The notes beneath the pieces are model-generated. The model was given only the letters and a program-made list of their open reading frames with translations, made no database searches and was not told the DNA's origin. DNA of 64,000 nt from Acidimicrobiales bacterium (GTDB taxonomy: Bacteria > Actinomycetota > Acidimicrobiia > Acidimicrobiales > Aldehydirespiratoraceae): contig JAQWMR010000016.1 in assembly GCA_029246685.1 (NCBI GenBank), positions 710,877-774,876 of the forward strand. Direction: 5' to 3'. Below are positions 10,921-19,522 of the stretch, in pieces. The position numbers were made by a program, and so were the translations under genes. Numbering within the stretch: the stretch's first letter is position 1; each line of letters starts with the position of its first letter.

Positions 10921-11679
10921 TCAGGGCACCCGGTCGGGGTTCATGGCGGCGTCGGTGCCCCCGTCGAGGAAGAAGCACGAGCCGACGAGGAACGCGGCGT
11001 CGTCCGAGAGCATCCACGCGATCAAACTCGCGACTTCCTCCGGTGCCGCGGCTCGCTTGGCCGGGATCGGATAGAGCTCGCCGAGCGAGAGGTACTGCTC
11101 GATCCGGCCATCGTTCAACGGCGTGTCGATCAAGCCCGGGTTGATCGCGTTGAGCCGCACGCCAGCGCCGACCCAATCGTCGGTGACGGCGTTGCGCCGC
11201 ACCCAGTGAGCCAGCGCAATCTTCGTGCCCGGGTAGACGGTGAAGCCGTCCATCGCTGCCGCGATCTCCACGGCGCGATCCTCTTCGCCGTCGAGGCATG
11301 CCGCCACGAACGCCGGATCGACGCCCGGCACCGTCGTCGCCGAGTTCGAGCTCAGCGCCACCGCCGCGCCGCCGTTCACCGCGAGTAGCGGTCGGAGCCC
11401 GGCCAACGTCGCCTGCGCACCGAAGAAGTTGATCCGTGTGACCAATTCGGCGTGCTCCCCGCCGACGCCGGCACAGGCGACCACGCCATCCAGCGTGCCG
11501 CCGCAGGCCGCGGCAACATCATCAACCATCGACTGCCGGCCGGCCGGTGTCCCGAGATCGGCAATGACCTCGGTGTCGCGCAGGTCAATGCCGACCACCG
11601 TGTTCCCGTCAGATTCAAGTCGAGCGCGCGTCGCCGCGCCGATGCCGCTGGCGGCACCCGTGATCGCGATTGTTCCCAT
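10921..11679 (-). CDS. SDR oxidoreductase (3-alpha-hydroxysteroid dehydrogenase-like)
   Basis: 252 aa; MGTIAITGAASGIGAAT, YPGTKIAL, NAINPGLIDTPL. Confidence 0.85.
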   Translation of the reverse strand: MGTIAITGAASGIGAATRARLESDGNTVVGIDLRDTEVIADLGTPAGRQSMVDDVAAACGGTLDGVVACAGVGGEHAELVTRINFFGAQATLAGLRPLLAVNGGAAVALSSNSATTVPGVDPAFVAACLDGEEDRAVEIAAAMDGFTVYPGTKIALAHWVRRNAVTDDWVGAGVRLNAINPGLIDTPLNDGRIEQYLSLGELYPIPAKRAAAPEEVASLIAWMLSDDAAFLVGSCFFLDGGTDAAMNPDRVP

Positions 11680-11844
11680 GACCCCGACACTACGCTCGAC
11701 TGGTCCAGCCCCCGTCGGGCCGGCAGAAAACCCCGAACCCCCAGCTCAGATGAGGTGCGCGATCAGGGTTGGGAACGGATTTCGTCGATTTGGGAACGCC
11801 GATTGCCGATCTTCGATGTCACAGGCCGTCTCTAGGGCCGCCCT

Positions 11845-12252
11845 ATGACCACTACAAATGACTACAGCTGGCTACGCGAAGTAACCGACCGCCAAGTCTT
11901 GGCGATAGACGCATTGGTTGCAGGGAGCACCCACCAGGAAGCAGCTGCTGCTGCCGGCGTTCATCGAGTGGCGGTCTCGAACTGGGCGCGTCGACACCCA
12001 GGATTCATGGCCGAGGTCAATCGTCGCTGCGGGGAACTACGAGCACAACGCACGGCGCGACTTCGCGAACTGGATGAAGCTGCTCTCGAACTGGATGCGG
12101 CGGCACTAAGAACGGTCGCTGCCCAAGTGGAAACCGGTGATCCCGATGCCGCGATGAAGCGGCTGCGCATGAGAAAGATCAACCCGATTGAGATAAGCGG
12201 CGGGCCGACGGACCCCGACGAGATAATCGCCGACGAGGTCGTTGCTCGTTAA
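11845..12252 (+). CDS. Orphan helix-turn-helix protein (phage/IS-accessory-like)
   Basis: 135 aa. LVAGSTHQEAAAAAGVHRVAVSNWARRHP is a clear HTH followed by a coiled-coil-like tail. It sits in a lower-GC stretch with non-coding flanks. Confidence 0.5.
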   Translation: MTTTNDYSWLREVTDRQVLAIDALVAGSTHQEAAAAAGVHRVAVSNWARRHPGFMAEVNRRCGELRAQRTARLRELDEAALELDAAALRTVAAQVETGDPDAAMKRLRMRKINPIEISGGPTDPDEIIADEVVAR

Positions 12253-12640
12253 CGAGCCGCGCAGAACAAGATGCTCGGTGACGGTCTATTCGACACCGGA
12301 CAGAGCCCGGAACAGATCGCGCGAGATCTCGAGGAAGAACTTGCCGATGAGTTCGCCGAACCCAAGAAATAGGACGCAGCCAAGAAGGCCACCCCCAAGA
12401 AGCGGAAGCAGTCACGTCGTCGATAGGGGCGGAGGGAACTCGCCGCAGGACCGCAGGCGGAACGGCGGCAGGAGTCGAGGAGCTGACCAATAGTTCCCTG
12501 ATGTGCTCCGAAACGAGATACCGCCCCTTGCACCCGACCGACCTTGGACTTTCAGCGTCGCAATCGCATCGACTGATCCACTCGATACGCACACATCGAA
12601 GACCTAGAAGCGTTAACCCGTTCCGACGACACCGGAGCTC

Positions 12641-13831
12641 TCAGCGTTGGCGATAGGCCGCTTGCGCTTCAAAGGCCAGATCTCGCAGCGATACGCCGGT
12701 CTCCGCCGAAAGCGCCACGAGCTGGTCGTGTTCGGGTTTTGCTCCGTGTGGACCCACCTTCATAGATACCGCGACTCCTCGGACCATCACGTTTTCGGTC
12801 CTGCGCTGAAGCTCCTGCTTCTGCACCCCAAGAGTGCGCGAGCCAAGCGATCCTGTCTCTGTGGCAAGCACGGAGCGCAGCGATGCCGCGAGCTCGTTTC
12901 GGCAGAGAACATGCACTTCGTGCGCGGGCCGACCCTTCTTCATCACGATGGGCACCACCCATGCATCATCAGCGCCTTCAGCGAGAAGACGGGTGATCAC
13001 ATGAGCCAGCACCTCTGGGCTCGCGTCGTCGATATTGGTTTCGATCAAGCTCGACGCAACAAAGCCGGGGCCAGAGCTCGCCCCGCTCTTGACCACCTCG
13101 TTCTCGACTAGGACCGCTGTCACCACGTTGGGGTGGCCGTCAGGGTCTCGCCCGCCCGCGCCACGAGCGATTCGATGCGGTCGCCCTGCCGGGACACGAC
13201 CCCACGCGGTCGCAAGGGTGACCAAGAGCGCGGCCCCGGTAGGAGTACACGTCTCACCCTCGAAGTCGAGGCCGAAGACATCAACGCCCTCAAGAAGCGC
13301 GAGTGTTGCCGGGGCGGGAAGGGGCAACGTGCCGTGAGCAGCGGAGACCGTGCCGTAGCCAAGACCTACCGGCGCAACGATGATCGCATCCAGGCCATGG
13401 CGTGATCCCTCAAGGGCATGAACCAGAAGCCAGACCCCAACAATGTCGACGATTGCATCAACAGCGCCGACCTCATGAAAGTGCACTTCGTCGATATCGA
13501 CACCGTGCTGCGCCGCCTCCACCTCGCCGAGCCGCCGGAAGGTGTCTCGAGCGCCTGCGGCGACGCGCTCCGGTAAGTCGGATTCAGCGAGCATTCGGTC
13601 GATCGAGCTCCAGTGGCGACCGTGAGCGCGAACTTGGGCGTCGACCACAACCCGGTGCGCAGCGAGCCCGTTGCGAATCGTTGTCCCAATCTCGATCGAC
13701 CAACCGTCAAGGCCAAGATCATCGAGTGGAGCAAGCGCCGACGTGGGGTCGTCGAGCAGGCCCGCGAACGCGCCAAGAAGCATGTCACCCGACGCCCCGA
13801 AGGCGGGGTCGATCCAGACGGAAGTCGTCAT
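12641..13831 (-). CDS. larC: LarC, nickel-pincer cofactor nickel insertion protein (DUF111)
   Basis: MTTSVWIDPAFGASGDMLLGAF... from ATG 13831, which overlaps the larB stop (ATGA). A single fused LarC1/C2-length product (396 aa). Confidence 0.85.
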   Translation of the reverse strand: MTTSVWIDPAFGASGDMLLGAFAGLLDDPTSALAPLDDLGLDGWSIEIGTTIRNGLAAHRVVVDAQVRAHGRHWSSIDRMLAESDLPERVAAGARDTFRRLGEVEAAQHGVDIDEVHFHEVGAVDAIVDIVGVWLLVHALEGSRHGLDAIIVAPVGLGYGTVSAAHGTLPLPAPATLALLEGVDVFGLDFEGETCTPTGAALLVTLATAWGRVPAGRPHRIARGAGGRDPDGHPNVVTAVLVENEVVKSGASSGPGFVASSLIETNIDDASPEVLAHVITRLLAEGADDAWVVPIVMKKGRPAHEVHVLCRNELAASLRSVLATETGSLGSRTLGVQKQELQRRTENVMVRGVAVSMKVGPHGAKPEHDQLVALSAETGVSLRDLAFEAQAAYRQR

Positions 13832-14505
13832 GTCGTTCTCTCTCGGAGGGTTGCCATGCGGTGTGCGACGCACGCTGCGCCGTAGCCGTTGTCGATCCCG
13901 ACAAGCGCGATTCCTGGCGCACAAGAAGCAGCCATCGAGAGCAGCGCTGTCATTCCCTCGAACGAGGTGCCGTAACCGGCGGAGGTCGGCACCGCCACAA
14001 TGGGCTGCGGAATAAGTCCGGCCAGGACCGTGGCGAGCGCACCTTCCATACCGGCGACGGCGATGACAATGTCGGCCTGTTCAAGGTCGGGGAGCGCGTC
14101 CGTGAGCCGATGAAGACCGGCGACGCCGACATCGGTTCGACTGATCACGGTGTGGCCGAGCGCTTCGAGCGTGGCTCGAGCTTCATCGGCGACAGTAATG
14201 TCGGAAACGCCTGCACACACAATGGCAACTGTCGTCCCAGACGCTGGCCTCGGCCGCCAGGTGAGCGTGGTCCCGGCGATTACGCTTGGGCGCAGCGCGA
14301 CCAAGCCATCGAGCTGATCAGCTTGTACGCGGGTAGCGACAATCGCGTCGTTGCTGCGGCCATCGGTGAGGAGTTCCGACACGATCGCCACACATTGGTC
14401 GGAGGTCTTGCCTTGGCAGTAGATCGCCTCGGGCATGCCCACACGACGCGTGCGATCAAGATCGAGCTGGTGCTCGTGTCCGTCGGCCGGCGCGGCCGGC
14501 GTCAT
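13828..14505 (-). CDS. larB: LarB, pyridinium-3,5-biscarboxylic acid mononucleotide synthase (PurE-like)
   Basis: 225 aa; VAIVCAGVSDITVADEA...VIAVAGMEGALATVLAGL..PIVAVPTSAGYG is the AIR-carboxylase-like LarB pattern. Confidence 0.9.
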   Translation of the reverse strand: MTPAAPADGHEHQLDLDRTRRVGMPEAIYCQGKTSDQCVAIVSELLTDGRSNDAIVATRVQADQLDGLVALRPSVIAGTTLTWRPRPASGTTVAIVCAGVSDITVADEARATLEALGHTVISRTDVGVAGLHRLTDALPDLEQADIVIAVAGMEGALATVLAGLIPQPIVAVPTSAGYGTSFEGMTALLSMAASCAPGIALVGIDNGYGAACVAHRMATLRERTT

Positions 14506-15299
14506 CGCTTCAACGCTCCGTTCAGGTTGCCCGATCGGAGACCGGCGAGGTCGAGCGTGACATACCGGTAGCCCACCGCTCGGACCGCGGCGTCGACCTC
14601 TTGGGCGAGCTCGGCGGCGTGAACCACCTCATCGCCCGGAACTTCGATTCGGGCGGTGTCGCCGTAGTGGCGCACACGAACATCACGAAAGCCGAGCGTT
14701 CGCAACTTCGCCTCAGCTCGATCGACCTGCGAAAGCAGGGCAACGGAAATCTCGGTGCCATAAGGAACCCGAGACGAAAGGCAGGGCATCGCCGGTCGAT
14801 CCCATACGGATATCCCCCATTCCTTCGCCAGGGCGCGAATATCGGCTTTTTGAAATCCGGCTTCGACAAGCGGGAATCGAGCGCCCCGTTCGCGCGCTGC
14901 TTCTTGACCGGGCCGGTGATCACCGAGGTCATCAAGGTTCACACCTAACGCAATCTCTGCGGACCGGGCGGCGGCGACCGGTTCGAGTTGATCCATCAGC
15001 GCGGTTTTGCACCAGAAGCAGCGATCGCCCTCATTCATCCGGTAGCGGGAATCGCTCATCTCATCGGTGGACACCGCTAGCCACTCGATTCCCCACGACT
15101 CCGCAAAGTTCTCGCATTGCGCAAGTTCGCCTTGAGCGAGCGAAGTGGAGTCTGCGGTGGCGAGAAGAACCTGTTCGCGGGGCAGTGATCGATGAGCAGC
15201 AACGGCAACCAGGGCCGAGTCGACACCACCGGAGAACGCGACGACCACGGAGCCAAGTTCCTTCACCGCATCGATCAGTCGAGCCTCGATTTGCATCAC
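14502..15299 (-). CDS. larE: LarE, ATP-dependent sacrificial sulfur transferase (PP-loop)
   Basis: 265 aa; VVAFSGGVDSALVA PP-loop and CFWCK region. The stop overlaps the larB start. Confidence 0.9.
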   Translation of the reverse strand: MMQIEARLIDAVKELGSVVVAFSGGVDSALVAVAAHRSLPREQVLLATADSTSLAQGELAQCENFAESWGIEWLAVSTDEMSDSRYRMNEGDRCFWCKTALMDQLEPVAAARSAEIALGVNLDDLGDHRPGQEAARERGARFPLVEAGFQKADIRALAKEWGISVWDRPAMPCLSSRVPYGTEISVALLSQVDRAEAKLRTLGFRDVRVRHYGDTARIEVPGDEVVHAAELAQEVDAAVRAVGYRYVTLDLAGLRSGNLNGALKR

Positions 15300-15603
15300 T
15301 CCACGAGGGTAGTTCCGGCGGCCTGGGATCGGCTGACGACATCCGGACGCGGGGACTTAGCTCAGCCACAAACGCTCGCCTGAACTCTGGGACCACCTAT
15401 CGAACGCGCCGGTTTTTCGGGCGACGACTTCCGGGGTTGGACACAACAGTGGCCGTGCCGCTGTCAAGCCGTCTCCTATGCCCGTCTACTGGCCCAACCC
15501 AAAATCTCCTGACGCAGCCAGTGGAGTTCCCCCGCTACGTGAGACATCTGAGCCTGGGAGAATGTTTCCGGGAAGGAGTCCACGATGGGCACACAGGTAT
15601 CCC

Positions 15604-16042
15604 TCAGGGTGCCGGGGCAAAGATGGCGGTCAGGTTCCGGCCACGGATGTTGCCACCGTCCGTTCCCTCGTTGCAGGCGAGGACGTAATCGATCGTGGCG
15701 CTGGCAGCGATGGCGAAGGTGCGGGTACCCCTCATTCGCTGAGACCGCTGTCTCGTGCCACTGGACCGATTCGTCGGGGGCGAAGACGCTGGCCGGGATG
15801 TCGGTCGATTCGACGAGCTGGCACCACACGTCGCCCCCCGTGGTGGTGTGGCCGACCGCAGCAGTGGAGCTGAGGTCGGCCATGACGCCACTGTGATCTG
15901 AGCACCGCACCCCGTCGATCACGTTGGGCCATCCACGGACGTCCTCAGCGCGAAGAAACCGGTTGCAACGTGATCGTTCTCTTCGCGCTCCCAGCCCGGC
16001 ACCACACCAGCGGTCGGCCAACTCCGCTGGCTCGTGCGGCAT
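15604..16042 (-). pseudogene. Gene remnant(s), possibly endonuclease/exonuclease/phosphatase-like, in at least two frames
   Basis: High-GC3 stretches switch frame near 15721-15733: ..NVIDGVRCSDHSGVMADLSSTAAVGHTTTGGDVWCQLVESTDIPASVFAPDESVQWHETAVSANEG.. continues as ..RTFAIAASATIDYVLACNEGTDGGNIRGRNLTAIFAPAP*. No intact ORF with a plausible start exists. Confidence 0.3.
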
Positions 16043-16200
16043 CTCGAGACCAACAGGGGTGACGAGCCCGCGGAGTCTCAGACGTGAGAACGAGTCGTCC
16101 GAGGCGTTCCGAAGGCCCCTTCTGAATCCCGCGCCCTCGACGTCTAGCTGTGATGATCGATCCCTGGCGAACGGAGGCGTCGGGTCGGCGTTTGTTTAGG

Positions 16201-17865
16201 TCAGCAAGGCACCAACTTCGCAACGAGCCCGGTGCTGGCTTCATTGCGGGCGTAGTCAAACGCCGTTATCTCGATGTTGATGCCTGCGCTTGCGCGGATG
16301 ACGATGCCGGCAGGAAACGGCCCGATCGTTCCCTGGTAAAAGGCGTCGTCGTTCGCCTCGACGGCTTCGAGCTGAATCGTTGACTCATATGTGCCAGCGG
16401 TGACGAGGGCCACCACCTCTTCGATACCCGTCCCAGCATCAGAGGCATAGACCCACAGTGTCGCCGTTGTAGGCCTGCATCCCTGATTTGCGTCTTCCAG
16501 AAGAGTGCCGGAAGACAATCTCGGATCCTGGAGCAAGGGGCTCACAGTGTCGGGATCAGACCCTGGCTCATCTGTCGTTGGTACATCCGGTTCATCTGCC
16601 GCCGACGTGTCGAGCGGCGCCTCGGACGTAGTCACCGTGGTGGTGGTCTCTTCCGCCACGGTCGAAGTCGGTGCCGGTTCAGAATTCGTTGGCCGTTCGC
16701 TCATCGCAACTGTGCTGGGGGTCTCGAGTTGGAGCGCGCTTGTTGCACCAGTCTGTGGGGAATCTGTTGCCAATCGAAGAACCATCAACATCGCGGCGGC
16801 CACGAGGACTGCGGCGAGGAGAGACACCATGAAACCCCGCATCCAAAACGACCGCCCTTGAGGAACTTGGGGAAAGCCTTGGGTATCAAGCTGCAAAGCC
16901 CTGGAGGCTGATTTTGAGGAACGCCCCCTGGAGGCTGATTTTGAGGAACGCGCCCTGGAGGCTGATTTTGAGGAACGCGGCTGCGGAGTATTCCCGGAGC
17001 CCTCGAAATGCGCGTGCAATTCTCGCGGCGCCGGGATGAGGGGCAAGGAGGCGAGCAGTGCAAGCGGGCTTGCCGTCCTGGCTCGAGTTCTCTCGCAAAT
17101 CTCACAATCATCGATGTGTCGAGCCAGTCGCTTCCGCAGACGGGGCGACAGTGTCCCATCCCAATTGCCGAGAACGGCATGGAGTTCATCACAATCGCGT
17201 CGTCCGCGTCGCGCAACCAAAAGAGCGGCCAAGCTTCGCTCGACCCGCTCCCTCACCCTGCCAACGAGGACGTAGGAGTGGGAGAGTTTCACACCGAGGG
17301 CATCGGCGAGCTCTCCGCCCTCGAGGTCGTGTCTTAGTTGCAGGTCGAGAACGGCACGATCGCGAGGATCGAGGCCGGCGGCAGCGTCAGCGATCAACGA
17401 GGACAACTCCTCGTCCTCAGCACTTACCCCCAGATCGATGTCTTCAACGACGCCGGAGAAGTCATCCACGGGTATGGGCTGGTTCCTCACGCGACGCAGG
17501 CATTCGTTGCGCGCAATGGCGTAGAGCCACGGACGGAGCTTCGCCGGGTCGCGGAGTTGGCCGACCCGTTCAGCGGCGAGCAGGAAGGTTTCCTGAACCG
17601 CATCGGACGCATCATGTGGTGAGCGAACGACTGAGTGGCAGTAATCGTGAAGCCGATCTCCATATCGCGCAAAGATCTCGCCGAGGGCGTCATTGCTCCC
17701 TTCAGCAAGGCGTTCTGCCAGTTGGCGGTCGGTCTGCATAGTCTTGAGAGTCTCATCTTCACAGTAGTTCTGACGGTCTGAGTTGATCACGTGGTCCATG
17801 ACCCGGTTCCTTGAGGCGGTTCGTGGTCGGGAATGCATCCGTAATGGACTCGGCACGGCGAGCAC
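16201..17865 (-). CDS. ECF sigma factor fused to a zinc-binding anti-sigma (ZAS) motif, TM helix and extracytoplasmic domain
   Basis: Sigma-2 (DAVQETFLLAAERV, RPWLYAIARN) and sigma-4 (LGVKLSHSYVLVGRVRERV) regions, then HIDDCEICE (HxxxCxxC), three RSSKSASR(A/G) repeats, one TM helix (FMVSLLAAVLVAAAMLMVL) and a Thr/Ser/Pro-rich segment plus a beta-rich domain. The start is ambiguous (17865, 17799 or 17739). Confidence 0.8.
   Translation of the reverse strand: MLAVPSPLRMHSRPRTASRNRVMDHVINSDRQNYCEDETLKTMQTDRQLAERLAEGSNDALGEIFARYGDRLHDYCHSVVRSPHDASDAVQETFLLAAERVGQLRDPAKLRPWLYAIARNECLRRVRNQPIPVDDFSGVVEDIDLGVSAEDEELSSLIADAAAGLDPRDRAVLDLQLRHDLEGGELADALGVKLSHSYVLVGRVRERVERSLAALLVARRGRRDCDELHAVLGNWDGTLSPRLRKRLARHIDDCEICERTRARTASPLALLASLPLIPAPRELHAHFEGSGNTPQPRSSKSASRARSSKSASRGRSSKSASRALQLDTQGFPQVPQGRSFWMRGFMVSLLAAVLVAAAMLMVLRLATDSPQTGATSALQLETPSTVAMSERPTNSEPAPTSTVAEETTTTVTTSEAPLDTSAADEPDVPTTDEPGSDPDTVSPLLQDPRLSSGTLLEDANQGCRPTTATLWVYASDAGTGIEEVVALVTAGTYESTIQLEAVEANDDAFYQGTIGPFPAGIVIRASAGINIEITAFDYARNEASTGLVAKLVPC
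16901..16981. repeat. 27-bp tandem repeat x3 (CTGGAGGCTGATTTTGAGGAACGCSSC) inside the sigma/anti-sigma linker
   Basis: Three consecutive units were read directly. They are in frame and encode RSSKSASRA/G x3, and are locally lower in GC than the flanks. Confidence 0.9.
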
Positions 17866-17942
17866 CAGCGAACGTTAAAGCCCCTTGCCAGGGCGGAAAC
17901 GTTCCGGGCAAGAGGCTTTAACGTAGGTCCGGGGTGCGTGGA

Positions 17943-18674
17943 CTAGAAGCCGATAGGCATCCATCCCCCGATGGCCGGAGGCTGCGCTCCACCCATCCCG
18001 ATTGCGTCGATCAGACCGACAGGGCTGTACTCGAAACCGAAGCCGCCGATTGTTTCGATCAGGTCCTCGACAACCCAAGCCGGGCAGCCGCCGGGGCCGC
18101 AGGGCTCCGGTATCGTTTCGATGATCTCGTCGATGATCTCGTCGATGACCCAACCCGGGCAAGTTCCTTCATCAGGATCACAGGGCTCAGGAAGTTCCTC
18201 TACGAGAAGACCATCGTCGCCGCAGAGCCACGGGAACAGCTCGCAGATATCGATCGGTTCCCAAGGCGTGATCTCCGCGATGTCCTCGATCCATGTGTCG
18301 ACTTCCACCAAGACAAAGGGGCCATCATCCTCTTCGTCGGTCGGTACCTCTGTGTAAACCGGAACATCCTCGGACTCCGGATCAGCCGGAACATCCTCGG
18401 ACTCCGAGGGGCCTGCAGTGTTGCCGGTGCTTTCCGGATCGGTTATGACGGTGCCGTCCTCGTTGACGTGCACCACCACAGTCGTCGGTGGTTGCTCGGG
18501 AGCAGCTGTGTCCTGCTGATCCTGGGACTGGTCGGCCAGAGCGGCAGATGACGTTTCAGCGGAGTCGGTCCTACCCCCGTTGAATGAAACAAGTATCGTT
18601 GCTACGGCGAGGCCGCCGACAACTCCACTCACGACAAGAATGCCTTGCGTTAGTTTTTTGTTGTGATTCTTCAT
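17943..18674 (-). CDS. Membrane-anchored, highly acidic Cys-rich secreted protein (no recognised family)
   Basis: ATG 18674 is preceded by AAGGAGA. MKNHNKKLTQGILVVSGVVGGLAVATILV anchor. Internal repeats ESEDVP x2 and EPC(D/G)P..(G)(T)CP(G/A)WV(I/V)(D/E).(I/L)I.(E/T)I x2; the product ends GGWMPIGF. Confidence 0.6.
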   Translation of the reverse strand: MKNHNKKLTQGILVVSGVVGGLAVATILVSFNGGRTDSAETSSAALADQSQDQQDTAAPEQPPTTVVVHVNEDGTVITDPESTGNTAGPSESEDVPADPESEDVPVYTEVPTDEEDDGPFVLVEVDTWIEDIAEITPWEPIDICELFPWLCGDDGLLVEELPEPCDPDEGTCPGWVIDEIIDEIIETIPEPCGPGGCPAWVVEDLIETIGGFGFEYSPVGLIDAIGMGGAQPPAIGGWMPIGF

Positions 18675-18966
18675 TTTCGGTCTCCTTCGTGACTCGGTCA
18701 CGGGTAAGAGTCCCGACAACGCCCAGACCTAACAGAAACTGAAAAAGAATTTTCGACCAGTTCCAATCCTGTACCTGTGCGCAACCGTCGCCCGCCCCGC
18801 CGTCCAGAACAACATCGGTCGGTTCATCACCAAGCGGGGACATCAGAGCGCTGGGCGGAGGCGGCGAGCCGCTGCTCGCTGTCGGGCGGCGCGGGGTCAG
18901 GAACACCCATCTGACTTCTCCCACTGTTGCACGACTAGCAGCGTCGAACCTGGGCATCGAGGCACC

Positions 18967-19290
18967 GTGAGCAGACCGAACATCTTGTTGATCGTGAGTG
19001 ACCAGGAACGCCATCGTTCCTGGCTCCCCACCGATGTCGATCTCCCGAATCGCGAGCGACTCATCGCTGGCGGAACTTCGTTCGAGCGGCACTACACGAA
19101 CACGTCGCCCTGCTCGCCATCACGAGCGTCGTTGTTCACGGGTCGCTACGCAGCGGGCCACGGTGTGAATGAGAACTCCACTGGTCCGGAGAGCACGCAG
19201 CTCTCGTTCTCGATTCCGACGCTCGGCCACCGACTCCGCGAGCAGGGATATCCCGTAGCGCAGGTACCAGAGCACAGCCAGCAGGATCAC
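18967..19290 (+). pseudogene. Arylsulfatase N-terminal fragment (truncated)
   Basis: MSRPNILLIVSDQERH...TNTSPCSPSRASLFTGRY (CxPxR formylglycine motif) ...IPTLGHRLREQGY. Similarity then stops after about 110 aa, whereas sulfatases are about 450-500 aa. The remainder of the ORF to 19611 is Arg/Pro-rich read-through into the convergent ALDH gene. Confidence 0.6.
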
Positions 19291-19522
19291 TACTGGCGGA
19301 AACCGGCAACCCACAAACGAACTGGCGGGCACTCGACGATCCACACGAGAAGAATTCATTGCACGACCCTCGCCGACTACCACCGCGATCCGTCAACGCA
19401 ACAGTGCCGTTGGTGGCCAGGCGATGCAGGAACGCCGCCATTTCCCGCGGGTGACGGTGTTGTCGGGCGGGAAGGTAGTTGCTTGGCGCGCTTGGCCCAT
19501 GTCGCGTCGGCCTTCCGCTCCG

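Noticed and set aside
12270-12371. A 33-codon ORF (MLGDGLFDTGQSPEQIARDLEEELADEFAEPKK) and a following Lys-rich mini-ORF downstream of the HTH gene.
   Set aside because: They are too short, have no ribosome-binding site and no recognisable family. They may be remnants of a mobile-element gene but cannot be supported as features.
12498-12514. CTGATG...CGAAAC looked like a hammerhead ribozyme core.
   Set aside because: Only 5 nt separate the two conserved boxes, so no stem II can form, and the flanks do not provide a cleavage-site helix.
16901-16981. The tandem repeats here and at 40585-40638 and 56072-56146 could be CRISPR arrays.
   Set aside because: The units are contiguous without spacers, only 3-5 copies each, two of the three are in frame within genes, and no cas genes are present.
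18760-18764. A GGAAC (-35-like, minus strand) upstream of the acidic-protein/ECF sigma genes could be an autoregulated ECF promoter.
   Set aside because: No convincing -10 element (CGT/GTC type) lies at the expected 16-17 nt spacing, and a single pentamer is not evidence.
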